Assembly (NCBI RefSeq): GCF_001194135.2
Contig: NC_068989.1
Span: 17,710,219-17,759,708 of the forward strand
DNA: 49,490 nt
Direction: 5' to 3'
Source of the DNA: Octopus bimaculoides
Taxonomy: Eukaryota
Shown: piece after piece, positions 37,168 to 48,897 of the stretch
How the letters are laid out: each line of letters opens with the position of its first letter
How positions within the stretch are numbered: position 1 is the stretch's first letter
The notes under the pieces: generated by a model
Databases searched by the model: none
Seen by the model: only the letters and a program-made list of their open reading frames with translations
What the model was told of the DNA's origin: nothing
Program-made: the position numbers and the translations under genes

Positions 37168-37572
37168 TGGAGTGGCTGTGTGGTAAGGAGCTTGCTTACC
37201 AGCCACATGGTTTCGGGTTCAGTCCCACTGCTTGGCACCTTGGGCAAGTGTCTTCTACTATAGCCTCAGGCCGACCAAAGCCTTGTGAGTGGATTTGGTA
37301 GACGGAAACTGAAAGAAGCCCGTCGTATATATGTATATGTATATATATATATATGTGTGTGTTTGTGTGTCTGTGTTTGTCCCCCCAACATCGTTGACAA
37401 CCGATGCCAGTGTGTTACGTCCCCGTAACTTAGCTGTTCGGCAAAAGAGACCGATAGAATAAGTACTAGGCTTACAAAGAATAAGTCCTGGGGTTGATTT
37501 GCGCGACTAAAGGCGGTGCTCCAGCATGGCCGCAGTCAAATGACTGAATCAAGTAAAAGAGAATAAAAGAGA
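37168..37572 (+). mobile_element. tRNA-derived SINE (family 3), full length with internal TA/TG microsatellite
   Basis: A box TGGCTGTGTGG, B box GGGTTCAGTCCC, caccttgggcaagtgtctt core, internal TA/TG tract and aaaagagaataaaagag tail. Confidence 0.9.
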
Positions 37573-37858
37573 AATATTATCAAGTCTTTTCATGGCGATA
37601 TGAGAGGATGGGGTGCATTGACAGCAGTGTAGACTACGCTGGTGTCATATATTTACAGCTTTATCAATCACCTTCCTAGACTACTCTAAGGGAATTTATA
37701 TACATTACTGTACAACTGTAAGTTCTTCAATCTCAAACGGCTCAGGCCTAAATCATACACTTTTGTATCGTTGTCAAGCGATCTCTTGTAAACTGCCAAT
37801 TCTTATCGATATAAAATATCATAGACAAGTAACATGTCAAGTCACACAATAAGTATGA

Positions 37859-38298
37859 GTTTCAAATTTTGACACAAGGCTAGCAATTTCGGGTTATAAT
37901 GGATTACATCGACCCCTATACGCAAATGGTCTTTAATTTATCGACCCCAGAAGGATAAAACGTAAAGTCAACCTCGGCAGAATTTGAGCTGGCAGAAGTG
38001 TTAGCACGCCGGGCGAAATGCTTAGCGGTATTTCGTCTGCCGCTACGCTCTGAGTTCAAATTCCGCCGAGGTCGACTGTGCCACTCATCCTTTCGGAGTC
38101 GATAAATTAAGTACCAGTTACGCACTGGGGTCGATGTAATCGATTTAATCTCTTTGTCTGTCCTTGTTTGTCACCTCTATGTTTAGCCCCTTGTGGGCAA
38201 TAAAGAAATAAGAATTTGAACTCAGAAGGTAAGGACAGATGAAATGCCGCTAAGCATTTTTCCCGGCGAGCTAACGATTCTGACAGGTCACCGCCTTA
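37859..38298 (-). mobile_element. SINE family 4 copy (minus strand) split by a nested insertion
   Basis: Halves 37859-37987 and 38211-38298 join into one reverse-strand copy. Confidence 0.85.
37988..38210 (+). mobile_element. Younger SINE family 4 copy inserted antisense, 9-bp TSD
   Basis: AGAATTTGA at 37979-37987 and 38211-38219 flanks a well-preserved plus-strand copy with B box GAGTTCAAATTCC. Confidence 0.9.
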
Positions 38299-38299
38299 A

Positions 38300-38519
38300 T
38301 ATTAATAATAATCCTTTCTACTATAGATACAAGGCCTGAAACCTTGGGGGAGGGGACTAGTCGATAGCTTTGACCCCAGTGTATAAGTGGTACTTGTTTC
38401 ATCCACCTCGAAAGGATAAAAGACAAAGTTGACTTCGGTTGAATTTGAACTCAGAACGTAAGTCCAGAAGAAATACCAATTACCATTTAGCCTCGCGTGC
38501 TAACCAGCTTGCCGCCTTA
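38300..38519 (-). mobile_element. SINE family 4 copy
   Basis: gaatttgaactcagaacgta and a terminal gccgcctta head; ATT-type tail. Confidence 0.85.
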
Positions 38520-38710
38520 AATTATGCAATAAATATTGATAAAAAATACCATTTTTAATTAGGTCTGTCCCGGAAAACCTCATGTGGGTCCTAAACTATC
38601 GGATTATTACACAAATTTGTAAAACCTGTCTTTTTTCAACCGCTAAGGTACAGGGACATAAACAAACTGACACCAGTTGTCAAGCGGATAAACACAAACA
38701 CACACATACA

Positions 38711-38743
<33 letters not shown>

Positions 38744-38746
38744 GTA

Positions 38747-38976
38747 CAAAGCTGGCCAAAAGTCACCTTACAGTAAATCAAAACCATTTAATTCTAAGAT
38801 TTAGTTATGTTTAACTAGTGAATGAATTTAATAACAGCATCTAACTATGAAACATCATGAAAATTGTTCATACTGCAGTTCTTGAGTGATACATTTTTCC
38901 ATTCGAGTCAAAACAGAATTATAGATAATATTTACGGAATTTTGGTTTACTATCGGGTGACTTTTGGCCAACTTTG
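38747..38976. mobile_element. 230-bp Tc1-type MITE
   Basis: TIRs caaagctggccaaaagtcacc / ggtgacttttggccaactttg (extendable to about 37 bp), with TA on both sides (38745-38746, 38977-38978). Confidence 0.92.
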
Positions 38977-39312
38977 TATATATGTATACGTGTGTCTCCC
39001 TTCATCGTCACCCCCTCCCTCNNNNNNNNNNNNNNNNNNNNNNNNNNNNNNNNNNNNNNNNNNNNNNNNNNNNNNNNNNNNNNNNNNNNNNNNNNNNNNN
39101 NNNNNNNNNNNNNNNNNNNNNNNNNNNNNNNNNNNNNNNNNNNNNNNNNNNNNNNNNNNNNNNNNNNNNNNNNNNNNNNNNNNNNNNNNNNNNNNNNNNN
39201 NNNNNNNNNNNNNNNNNNNNNNNNNNNNNNNNNNNNNNNNNNNNNNNNNNNNNNNNNNNNNNNNNNNNNNNNNNNNNNNNNNNNNNNNNNNNNNNNNNNN
39301 NNNNNNNNNNNN

Positions 39313-39346
<34 letters not shown>

Positions 39347-40683
39347 TCTGTAGAAATATGTGCACATATTTCTACAGATAAATTCCTCTATTTGCATAAT
39401 GTCGAGGTCTCATTCTTTCTTTTGTTGCCATTCCTGTCAAATATATATACATATATATATATTTTAACCTACATACACACATATACATTTATACATACAT
39501 GCACATATATATATACATGCATACACACACACACACATATATATATACATACATACACNNNNNNNNNNNNNNNNNNNNNNNNNNNNNNNNNNNNNNNNNN
39601 NNNNNNNNNNNNNNNNNNNNNNNNNNNNNNNNNNNNNNNNNNNNNNNNNNNNNNNNNNNNNNNNNNNNNNNNNNNNNNNNNNNNNNNNNNNNNNNNNNNN
39701 NNNNNNNNNNNNNNNNNNNNNNNNNNNNNNNNNNNNNNNNNNNNNNNNNNNNNNNNNNNNNNNNNNNNNNNNNNNNNNNNNNNNNNNNNNNNNNNNNNNN
39801 NNNNNNNNNNNNNNNNNNNNNNNNNNNNNNNNNNNNNNNNNNNNNNNNNNNNNNNNNNNNNNNNNNNNNNNNNNNNNNNNNNNNNNNNNNNNNNNNNNNN
39901 NNNNNNNNNNNNNNNNNNNNNNNNNNNNNNNNNNNNNNNNNNNNNNNNNNNNNNNNNNNNNNNNNNNNNNNNNNNNNNNNNNNGTATATATATATACATG
40001 CATACATACATTCATGCATATGTATATACATACATACATTCATATATATATATACATGCATTCATATATATATGCATGCAGTTATATATATATATATATA
40101 TCTGTACGCGCGGACACCCACATACACGTGTGTCTATGAGGCTTATTTATAAATAACGCGCAAAATATTCGTTTAACATGCCTCTGTTTGAACACTTGAA
40201 CATCCAAGTGTATAAAATTTGGTCATTTCAAAGTTATTTTTAAATCCACTCGACTTGACGTGGTGTGTGGTAATTTAGAATTTTACTGATACCAGGTAGA
40301 GTATTCAGCACCGCCCAATAATTTTCACATATTCAAAGCATTCGTGACATAACTCACCTGTGTTTCATCGATGTCTTTGTTTATTCTTTGTTTTCCTTTC
40401 TTAGACTGTCTTTCATTACTGTCTTCTTGTTTATTCTGAAAGTTTTATCTTAGTTTTATCAAGACATTATTTATTTGTTGACAGAATCTATTTAATGTAT
40501 TTAATAAACTACACACATATAGAGTTCTTACTACCTAGTATTTGAGTAATTTGAATACAAATATATACAATAAATGCGGTAAGATGGTAGAACAAGAGGT
40601 AAGCTACTGGAAATATCGAAACCAGGCTGCGACGCTATTTTAAATCGCAGTTGAAACCGTTTCATTCTACTAACACTGTAAGT

Positions 40684-41164
40684 TATTGGTTCTCAAACTC
40701 TTTCAACCTGTTGCCCACTTGACACTCAGGCCACATTTCAAGCGCCATCCTGAGCCCCACTCACCACCACAAACATACGAGTTGGGTGCTGAAAGTTCCT
40801 GGTGGACCGGTTAATTACGATTTTATTCAACATATTGCCCTCTCATATTTTTTGCAGCAGTCCTTATATGAGCCCTGTAAAAGAACTCGGAAGGTTGGGC
40901 CTCCAATCAGGCCTTTCGCGATACCCTTAAAACCAGGAACTTTTCAGCACCCACCTCGAAGACCACTTTCTGCAGCGAATTCAGAACAGCTGCATTTCAC
41001 AAATAAAACTTGACTTAAGTAACCCACCCATTATTTTGTTGATTTTTATATCCAACGCCCCTCTTTTGGCCTCCAATATCGCCCCACTTTTCTTCAACGC
41101 TCCCCTCCTCTAGATTTTTTACATTGCCCCAGGGAGCCAGTGCGGCCCACTTTGGGAACCACAG
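40684..41164. mobile_element. hAT (Charlie-type) MITE containing a nested mariner
   Basis: Ends tattggttctcaaa / tttgggaaccacag; 8-bp flanks ctgtaagt vs atgtaaat (6/8 identical, central TA). Confidence 0.7.
40778..40958 (-). mobile_element. 181-bp mariner deletion derivative
   Basis: TIRs cgagttgggtgctgaaagttcctggt / accaggaacttttcagcacccacctcg; left TA intact; internal minus-strand remnant AQPSEFF..GQYVE*. Confidence 0.88.
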
Positions 41165-41169
41165 ATGTA

Positions 41170-41390
41170 AATCATTTTCTCCTATAAGCACAAGACCTCA
41201 AATTTTGGTGGGAGGAGGTTCGTCGATTACATCGACCCTAGTCTAGTGTTTAACTGGTACTTATTTTATCAACCTCGAAAGGATGACAGGCAAAGTCAAC
41301 CTCGACAGAATTTGAGCAGAGAACGTAAAGAAGAACGAAATGCCAAGCATTTTGACCGGTGTGTTTACTATTATGTCAGCTCACCGCCTT
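41170..41390 (-). mobile_element. SINE family 4 copy
   Basis: gtcgattacatcgacc...ctggtacttattttatc...gcaaagtcaacctcgacagaatttga...caccgcctt. Confidence 0.85.
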
Positions 41391-41585
41391 CAATATCCTT
41401 ATAAATGACCATGGGAAAAGCATCTCTCCATCTTCCTCTGCTGCAGGATATATGGAATTGGTACATGGTCGAAAATATTATCAGAATCAGCAAAACTAGT
41501 GATGAACTTCGTAGAATGAAATATAACTCTCTAATGTATTTAGTTTCTATACCTGGTTCTTGTTAATGCTGTAATAGTAGCAGCC

Positions 41586-41657
<72 letters not shown>
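41586..41657. repeat. (GTA)n microsatellite
   Basis: Directly visible. Confidence 0.98.
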
Positions 41658-42476
41658 AACATTGCTTCATTTTCACACAGTGTATCAAAGATTGTTTTAT
41701 TCAATGTAGTTTTCCTTTTCTTAAGGAGGCAAGATGTGATTGACGGAGATATGCATGCTCTTTCTAGAAAGTTGAGTGGCTGGTTATTTGCCGATTCTCC
41801 TGCTGGTCACCTCAAGAGAGACAAGGAGGGGGTGTATCGAATGATTCTTCTTTTGTTATAATAGGCTTTTGTTGTTAGTCAAAAGAAATCAATTTTTNNN
41901 NNNNNNNNNNNNNNNNNNNNNNNNNNNNNNNNNNNNNNNNNNNNNNNNNNNNNNNNNNNNNNNNNNNNNNNNNNNNNNNNNNNNNNNNNNNNNNNNNNNN
42001 NNNNNNNNNNNNNNNNNNNNNNNNNNNNNNNNNNNNNNNNNNNNNNNNNNNNNNNNNNNNNNNNNNNNNNNNNNNNNNNNNNNNNNNNNNNNNNNNNNNN
42101 NNNNNNNNNNNNNNNNNNNNNNNNNNNNNNNNNNNNNNNNNNNNNNNNNNNNNNNNNNNNNNNNNNNNNNNNNNNNNNNNNNNNNNNNNNNNNNNNNNNN
42201 NNNNNNNNNNNNNNNNNNNNNNNNNNNNNNNNNNNNNNNNNNNNNNNNNNNNNNNNNNNNNNNNNNNNNNNNNNNNNNNNNNNNNNNNNNNNNNNNNNNN
42301 NNNNNNNNNNNNNNNNNNNNNNNNNNNNNNNNNNNNNNNNNNNNNNNNNNNNNNNNNNNNNNNNNNNNNNNNTGTATGTATGTATGTGTGTGTAGGTATG
42401 TATGTATGTATGTATGTATGTGTGTGTGTATGTATGTATGTATGTATGTATGTACGTATGTATGTATGTATGTATG

Positions 42477-42911
42477 TCATTATTTAGTTTCATTTCAAGA
42501 TTTCTTGATAGTAGAGAAAGAGTCGGTTTCTAACCTCGGTCTAAGACTCCTTCATTGGAATTCCAACATCAACAGGGTATTTTTGTATGTATGTATATGT
42601 GCAGATTTGTATGTTTTGTTTTACGTATGTATTCTCATGCGTATAGTTGCAAATCTAGACATGCTCATATATATTTAAATGATAAACTTCTGGAAAGTTT
42701 TACTGATTTTTACAATTCCACCGATGGCTTCGATCTGTAGTCTTCGAATCAGCTTCCTCTTTTCTGATTTTGAAAAGCCTAATTTCTCAAGATTGGTATT
42801 TAGGCAGTGTGTAACATATCATAGTGCCCCAATACTTACAGGTATAAACCTCAACTCGTAATCTGGGAAGAGTAACTGTAGATTTCTCAATAGTTCAGTG
42901 TAGGTACATTG
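42477..42911 (-). mobile_element. R4/Dong-like element 3' end with complete 3' UTR ending in (CATA)n (TACA-associated family, copy 2)
   Basis: Nucleotide-level homologue of 1952-2250; the minus-strand UTR ends ...aaactaaataatga directly before (CATA)n at 42373-42476. Confidence 0.85.
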
Positions 42912-43080
42912 AGTACATACTAAATTTTATTAAACTTGACCAATATTTTTAAAGCAATGAACAATTTTCGTCAAATCAATGATATAATATGTTGACTTGG
43001 AACTTACTGCAAAGCTTCAAAATAAACATTTTTTGTCTTCCCTTTCGGGGATCAGTACAATTTTTTCTGTCTACCCTCTC

Positions 43081-43137
<57 letters not shown>

Positions 43138-43885
43138 NNNNNNNNNNNNNNNNNNNNNNNNNNNNNNNNNNNNNNNNNNNNNNNNNNNNNNNNNNNNNNN
43201 NNNNNNNNNNNNNNNNNNNNNNNNNNNNNNNNNNNNNNNNNNNNNNNNNNNNNNNNNNNNNNNNNNNNNNNNNNNNNNNNNNNNNNNNNNNNNNNNNNNN
43301 NNNNNNNNNNNNNNNNNNNNNNNNNNNNNNNNNNNNNNNNNNNNNNNNNNNNNNNNNNNNNNNNNNNNNNNNNNNNNNNNNNNNNNNNNNNNNNNNNNNN
43401 NNNNNNNNNNNNNNNNNNNNNNNNNNNNNNNNNNNNNNNNNNNNNNNNNNNNNNNNNNNNNNNNNNNNNNNNNNNNNNNNNNNNNNNNNNNNNNNNNNNN
43501 NNNNNNNNNNNNNNNNNNNNNNNNNNNNNNNNNNNNNNNNNNNNNNNNNNNNNNNNNNNNNNNNNNNNNNNNNNNNNNNNNNNNNNNNNNNNNNNNNNNN
43601 NNNNNNNNNNNNNNNNNNNNNNNNNNNNNNNNNNNNNNNNNNNNNNNNNNNNNNNNNNNNNNNNNNNNNNNNNNNNNNNNNNNNNNNNNNNNNNNNNNNN
43701 NNNNNNNNNNNNNNNNNNNNNNNNNNNNNNNNNNNNNNNNNNNNNNNNNNNNNNNNNNNNNNNNNNNNNNNNNNNNNNNNNNNNNNNNNNNNNNNNNNNN
43801 NNNNNNNNNNNNNNNNNNNNNNNNNNNNNNNNNNNNNNNNNNNNNNNNNNNNNNNNNNNNNNNNNNNNNNNNNNNNNNNNNNNNN

Positions 43886-44022
43886 AAAAAAACATATGTT
43901 CTCAGTAAAAATTTAGCGACACAACAAGGTTAATCGTTTTTTTATTTAGTATTTTTTCATTTGTCTTGCCCTTTTACAGTCTGTTGTGTCGCTAAATTTT
44001 TACTGAGAACATATGTTTTTTT
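43886..44022. repeat. Perfect 41-bp inverted repeat starting at an N gap
   Basis: 43886-43926 is the reverse complement of 43982-44022, with a 55-bp spacer. Confidence 0.93.
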
Positions 44023-44665
44023 TTGGTGGTAAGATGATTCGGCATCTATTTCTAGCATATAGGAGTTCACTTTTGCTGGTCATTCCTCTTATTTTTGTAT
44101 GTAATATAATTTTAATCTTCGGATATTTTTAATATGCTAGACCACTGGTTTTAATTAATTAATATCAATTTCTACCCTCATTAATAAATTATATATATAT
44201 GTCAATACAATAAGGCATTATTTGATAAAATATTAAGATATATTGTATACATTAGAATATAGATGGTTCGTTAGCAATTAAAAACCAAAATGGAATTAAT
44301 AAATGAGGGTGCAAATTAGGACCGACAATTGCTAGAAATAGGAGTCAAAATTTAACTCGGACGTATAAATATATATATATAAATGGAATACACGTACACA
44401 CACACACTCATACACACACATATTTATATACTCATTCACACAATGTATGTATATACACATATATACACGTTTGTGCGTTTGCTTTTGTATATACTGATGT
44501 AAGCATACACCCAGCCACAAATATAGCTTTGTGTGCTTAATCAAAGAAAATCACGTTTTCTTTTATTGACATATAAATATTTTGTTTATCGTTCAGTTTA
44601 AGCCGTTATATGACTTTTCTTGTGAGATCCTCATTGCCGAAATATTCTGTTAATTCTTCATATCG

Positions 44666-44671
<6 letters not shown>

Positions 44672-44705
<34 letters not shown>

Positions 44706-44719
44706 TATGTGTGTTTGTG

Positions 44720-44769
<50 letters not shown>

Positions 44770-44792
44770 TGTATGTGTGTGTGTGTGTGTGT
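44672..44792. repeat. (GT)n microsatellite with interruptions
   Basis: Directly visible. Confidence 0.95.
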
Positions 44793-45120
44793 CTTTGTTT
44801 AAATTTAGTTGTACATTAGTTTATTATTAAGTTTATTAGTTTATCTTTAGTACACAATTTATAAGTGTAATTAATTGCCCACTTCTATTATTTATTTTTC
44901 AGTCACATAAATCTAACATAACCCGCCAACCATTCAGTTTGACTTATACTGTCCTTTGTTCTCTATTGTCTTCTTTTATGGTGGACAAACAACAAACCCA
45001 ATAACTTAGAACTGCAGATAATATTGTTTAATAGGCATCACACTATGGAAGTACTGATGCTTTATTTTTAGCTCTATCTCAACTGTGATTTGGTGTTTGA
45101 ATCATAACAATCCAGTCTTT

Positions 45121-45225
45121 TGTAACGTATCCCTTATGTAACGTATCCCTTATGTAACGTATCCATTATGTAACGTATCCCTTATGTAACGTATCCATTA
45201 TGTAACGTATCCCTTATGTAACGTA
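45121..45225 (+). repeat. 16-bp minisatellite TGTAACGTATCC(C/A)TTA, 6.6 units
   Basis: Six complete units plus a partial one; A variant in units 3 and 5. Confidence 0.97.
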
Positions 45226-45735
45226 CGTTTGGAAGAGAATAGGAGATTCTGCTGCTATTTTTATGCGGGTATTAGTTTGACAAACTAAAGGCACCTTCAA
45301 TGTCCTGTGAAGTACCAACGGATATATAGCTATTTCTCAAGACATCAATTGGTTGTACCGAATAACACTAATTGAAATTATATAATCTTGGGACAGGTAT
45401 TAAAAACCTAGTTTAGGTTTACATATGAGAATATTATCGCCAAAATACACTTCCCTGCGAAATATCGCCAAAGTCGAAATACATAGTTTATTTATTCGTG
45501 TTTTCCACATATACTTTATTTATAGTAACTTAATTGGTCACATTTATCATTTTCTGACAAATTAGTTTCATCGTTTTATTGAGAGTATAAAATTAATTGA
45601 GAATTATGGTATAAAAAAATGTATGCGTGTGTGTGAGAGAAAGTTATCTTCACGATCATGGCAAGAGATTTTAGAAGTGGCCTGTGGCTGAGTAAGACTT
45701 TGTTATATAGAAACTTATGGAAGCTCTTCTGTTTA

Positions 45736-45815
<80 letters not shown>

Positions 45816-45991
45816 AAAATATATATTGATATGTATTTAAATATATATATATATACAATCCATATATATATATATATATACATACAATACATATATATAT
45901 ATATATATACATACATACATGCATGCATACATACATACATACGTACATATGTACATACATACACACATACATACATACGTACATACATACA

Positions 45992-46830
45992 TATGTGAAA
46001 CGCTCAGCATACCAAGGAAAGACCATGAATGATTATGTTATCCGAAAATTTAGAGAAAACATTAATTTCGACATGAAGCGAAGCCTCTCTTGGAATTATG
46101 GCCACTACATCACATCACACTTCGAAGGTTATACATTAGCAATCCAAGAACAGGAGATTGCTACTAAATGCCTGATAAACAAAAAGAACAATGAAGCCCT
46201 TGGAGCTCCAAGATGCACCCGAAAAGGCTGATTATGTCATATTTCTAGGAAAGATATCACATGTGATTACAGCTACTCAAAAATGTCACCAAGGTAACTC
46301 CCTATGCGACAAAACGTTGTCGTAAAACAAAATACAGTATCATTCGAAAAAACGACTATCCTGGAAAAAATATAGAGATACCCCCAGTCATCGAATACAT
46401 ACGAAAACATCAACAGAAGTGCTGCTGGAACACTTCCATCAAAACATCTGCCAAGTGTAAACAAAACAGGCGGATATTATTGTTTGGGACAGACAAAAAA
46501 AACAAAAAAGGATGTAACGTCATAGAGGTCAGCTCTCCAGCTGGTGTGAATATCGCTTTGAAGTTCAATGAGAATGAGGAAAACTATGAGCAATTGTTTT
46601 GAATCCTCCAGTTTGTATATCCTGAATGTAAATTCACATTTATACTAATAATAATTGGTGCACTTGGTTTTGTGAGTAAATGCCTTGACAATGTTGTTAA
46701 GCTGGGATTTTCAGAAAAATCTTGCTAAGCTGAAATTTTCAGGAAAAGAAATCAACCAATTCGCACGTTACACATACAAACTGTAAGTGAAACAGTAAAA
46801 ATATGCAAGACTTTCCTCAAAAATTTAAAA
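45992..46830 (+). mobile_element. Older R4/Dong-like fragment: pre-zinc-knuckle region plus REL domain (TACA-associated family, copy 3)
   Basis: FEGYTLAIQEQEIATK, degenerate knuckle region ...SKMSPR*LPMRQNVV, then WNTSIKTSAKCKQNR...VIEVSSP...IIGALGFV...VKICKTF, paralleling ORF 2021-2437. The 5' end abuts (TACA)n. Confidence 0.85.
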
Positions 46831-47230
46831 TGCGAAATTGTTTTTGAAATTGTTTCCGATGATGATGTTTTCTATCTTAGAAATCAGCTCCTTCTTCAGA
46901 AAAAGAATTCAAATAATTGAAAGCGGAAGAGAACATACATTAATACACAGCCCCGTTCTAGCCATACACGTTGCTCATTATTTTCCGGTGCCCTCTACAG
47001 AAAAGAACAAAAAGTTGTTCGACCTAGAAAATGTAATTTAACACCTACGTTAAATTACATTCGATTGTCTTAAAAGAAGAATGACACATAGCCTAATAGT
47101 TATTTACAATGAAATAATTCATTTTTATAAGTGGACAAACAATAGTATGTAAATAGTAGGTTATAAACCCATTCGCTTAGACTTACCTTAATACTATTAT
47201 TTATATTTATATCTAATTAGAGTTTCAGTG

Positions 47231-47523
47231 ATGAAAACGAATTATTTCACGTTCTCTCGAAGTTTCTAAATTCTTATGACATAGACATCATACAATTCTC
47301 GCTGATAAGAACAAAGCTTATAAAATTAATTGACAAATTCGAAGGATTGCTTTGGTCCAGTTGTGGAACTTGTCATATTTACAGATGTTGGTTCATGTCC
47401 TACTGGTAGCTTTCTAAAAGGATTTTTAACCCAATATTTGCATGCTGTTATATATAGCTTTATCTACTTTGATTTCCACCCATGAAAACGAATTATTTCA
47501 CGTTCTCTCGAACTTACTAAATT
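47231..47523 (+). repeat. 31-bp exact direct repeat pair (about 42 bp imperfect)
   Basis: atgaaaacgaattatttcacgttctctcgaa at 47231-47261 and 47482-47512. Confidence 0.9.
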
Positions 47524-48044
47524 TACTAAATCTTTATAGGAGACATGGCAAATTAGACATTTATTTAAAATATTGAACCATTCTTACTAAAGGGAAAGAA
47601 ATCTATAGCTCCATAAAACTTCATTACATAACGAGCTGATATAGGGGTCTATACATAATCGATGGATCTGTTAGAAGTAGAGGCAAAATCTTTTCTATAC
47701 CCTACTTTGTTAAAAATACGGTCATTGAATCGAGTAGGTTTGTGCATTTTCGACATACTATTTTACAGTTATATTGGCCTAAAAATTGATTCATCTTCAT
47801 ACAATTCTTAGAAAGCAATAAAATAAAATATAATTTGCTTCACTTGATTTTATACACAATTGCAATTTAAACCTTTAGAATTCAAGTTCTGTTTCGTGAC
47901 ATTTTCAGTTACAAATTTTGTCGTGTTAGAAAGACTTGAAAGCTAATACTAGTGATAGTTTTATTTATCTATTTTTGAAATGGAAATTTTGAAAGTTTTC
48001 TTCAAATACTAGTACGTTTATCAGGGCGAGAGATTCGACCAGTT

Positions 48045-48160
48045 CACTGGACTGAAAGAATATTATACCTGGAGCATCGGACAAAATGCCTTGTGTTATT
48101 TGATTCCGTTCGTTTTGTTCTGAGTTCAAATCCAGCCGAAATCAACTTTACCTTTCATAA
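48045..48160 (+). mobile_element. Degenerate SINE family 4 fragment
   Basis: gttctgagttcaaatccagccgaaatcaactttacctttcat. Confidence 0.6.
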
Positions 48161-48237
48161 AATAATGTGTTGATGTCTCTTTACTAACTACCTATTTCTC
48201 CCTTAATATGAACAACTCTATTATAATTGTATTTGTG

Positions 48238-48360
48238 AAGGCGCGTAGCTTAATAGATAAAAAGTTTAAATCACAACCTTACGACTGTGGTTTCGATTTC
48301 TAGACCGAGTGGTGCGTTGTATACTTCAGCAAAATTCTTTATTTCAACATTTGCCAGAAC
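48238..48360 (+). mobile_element. Degenerate tRNA-derived SINE head (family 2-like)
   Basis: ggcgcgtagcttaatag...ggtttcgatttctagaccg...gcgttgt...cagcaaaattctttattt. Confidence 0.55.
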
Positions 48361-48418
48361 ACACACATGGGAATGAGTAACAGCAACGGCTGGGTTAACT
48401 CTGCGACGATCTGACATA

Positions 48419-48897
48419 CAGAGGTTGGACAAAATAATGGAAACACATAGCATTATAATTTTGAAATATCTATAAAATCGTCAAATACTTGTTTATTTTT
48501 ATGTTTTTTTATTTATTATTAGTGTTGCTTAATATGATTTGATAAAATTGCTGTTTCTTTTCAGATATCATCAGGGAAAGGTAATTAAAATTCATTAAAA
48601 TGACAGATCTATCGGACTTTCAAAGAGGTCAAATTGTTGGTGTTTGTATGGCAGGTGCTAGCGTAACGAAAACAGCCGAAACGTTTGGAGCATCAAGAAG
48701 TACTGTCTTGAAAGTAATGACAGCCTTTGAGAAAGGGAAAAACCTCCTCGTGTTAGCTGAAGAATAGACAAAAATTCCTTTGGAAACAAGTCAAACTTTG
48801 TACGAGTCCGTACCTCGTAGAATTCAAGCTGTAATTACTGCCAAAGGCCGTCCTACCCCATATTCATACTTAAGTCATAATTTACCTTGTGGGTGTT
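48419..48897 (+). mobile_element. Tc1-like internal deletion derivative
   Basis: TA|cagaggttggacaaaataatggaaacac left TIR. ATG at 48600 gives MTDLSDFQRGQIVG...SRSTVLKV fused in frame to EE*TKIP...SVPRRIQAVITAKGRPTPY; right TIR largely lost. Confidence 0.88.

Noticed and set aside
45121-45225. CRISPR-like array
   Set aside because: Head-to-tail 16-bp units with no unique spacers, in eukaryotic context with no cas genes.
48565-48580. 16-nt micro-exon (tttcag...aag/gtaatt)
   Set aside because: It lies inside the 5' leader of the Tc1 derivative; not evidence of a host gene.
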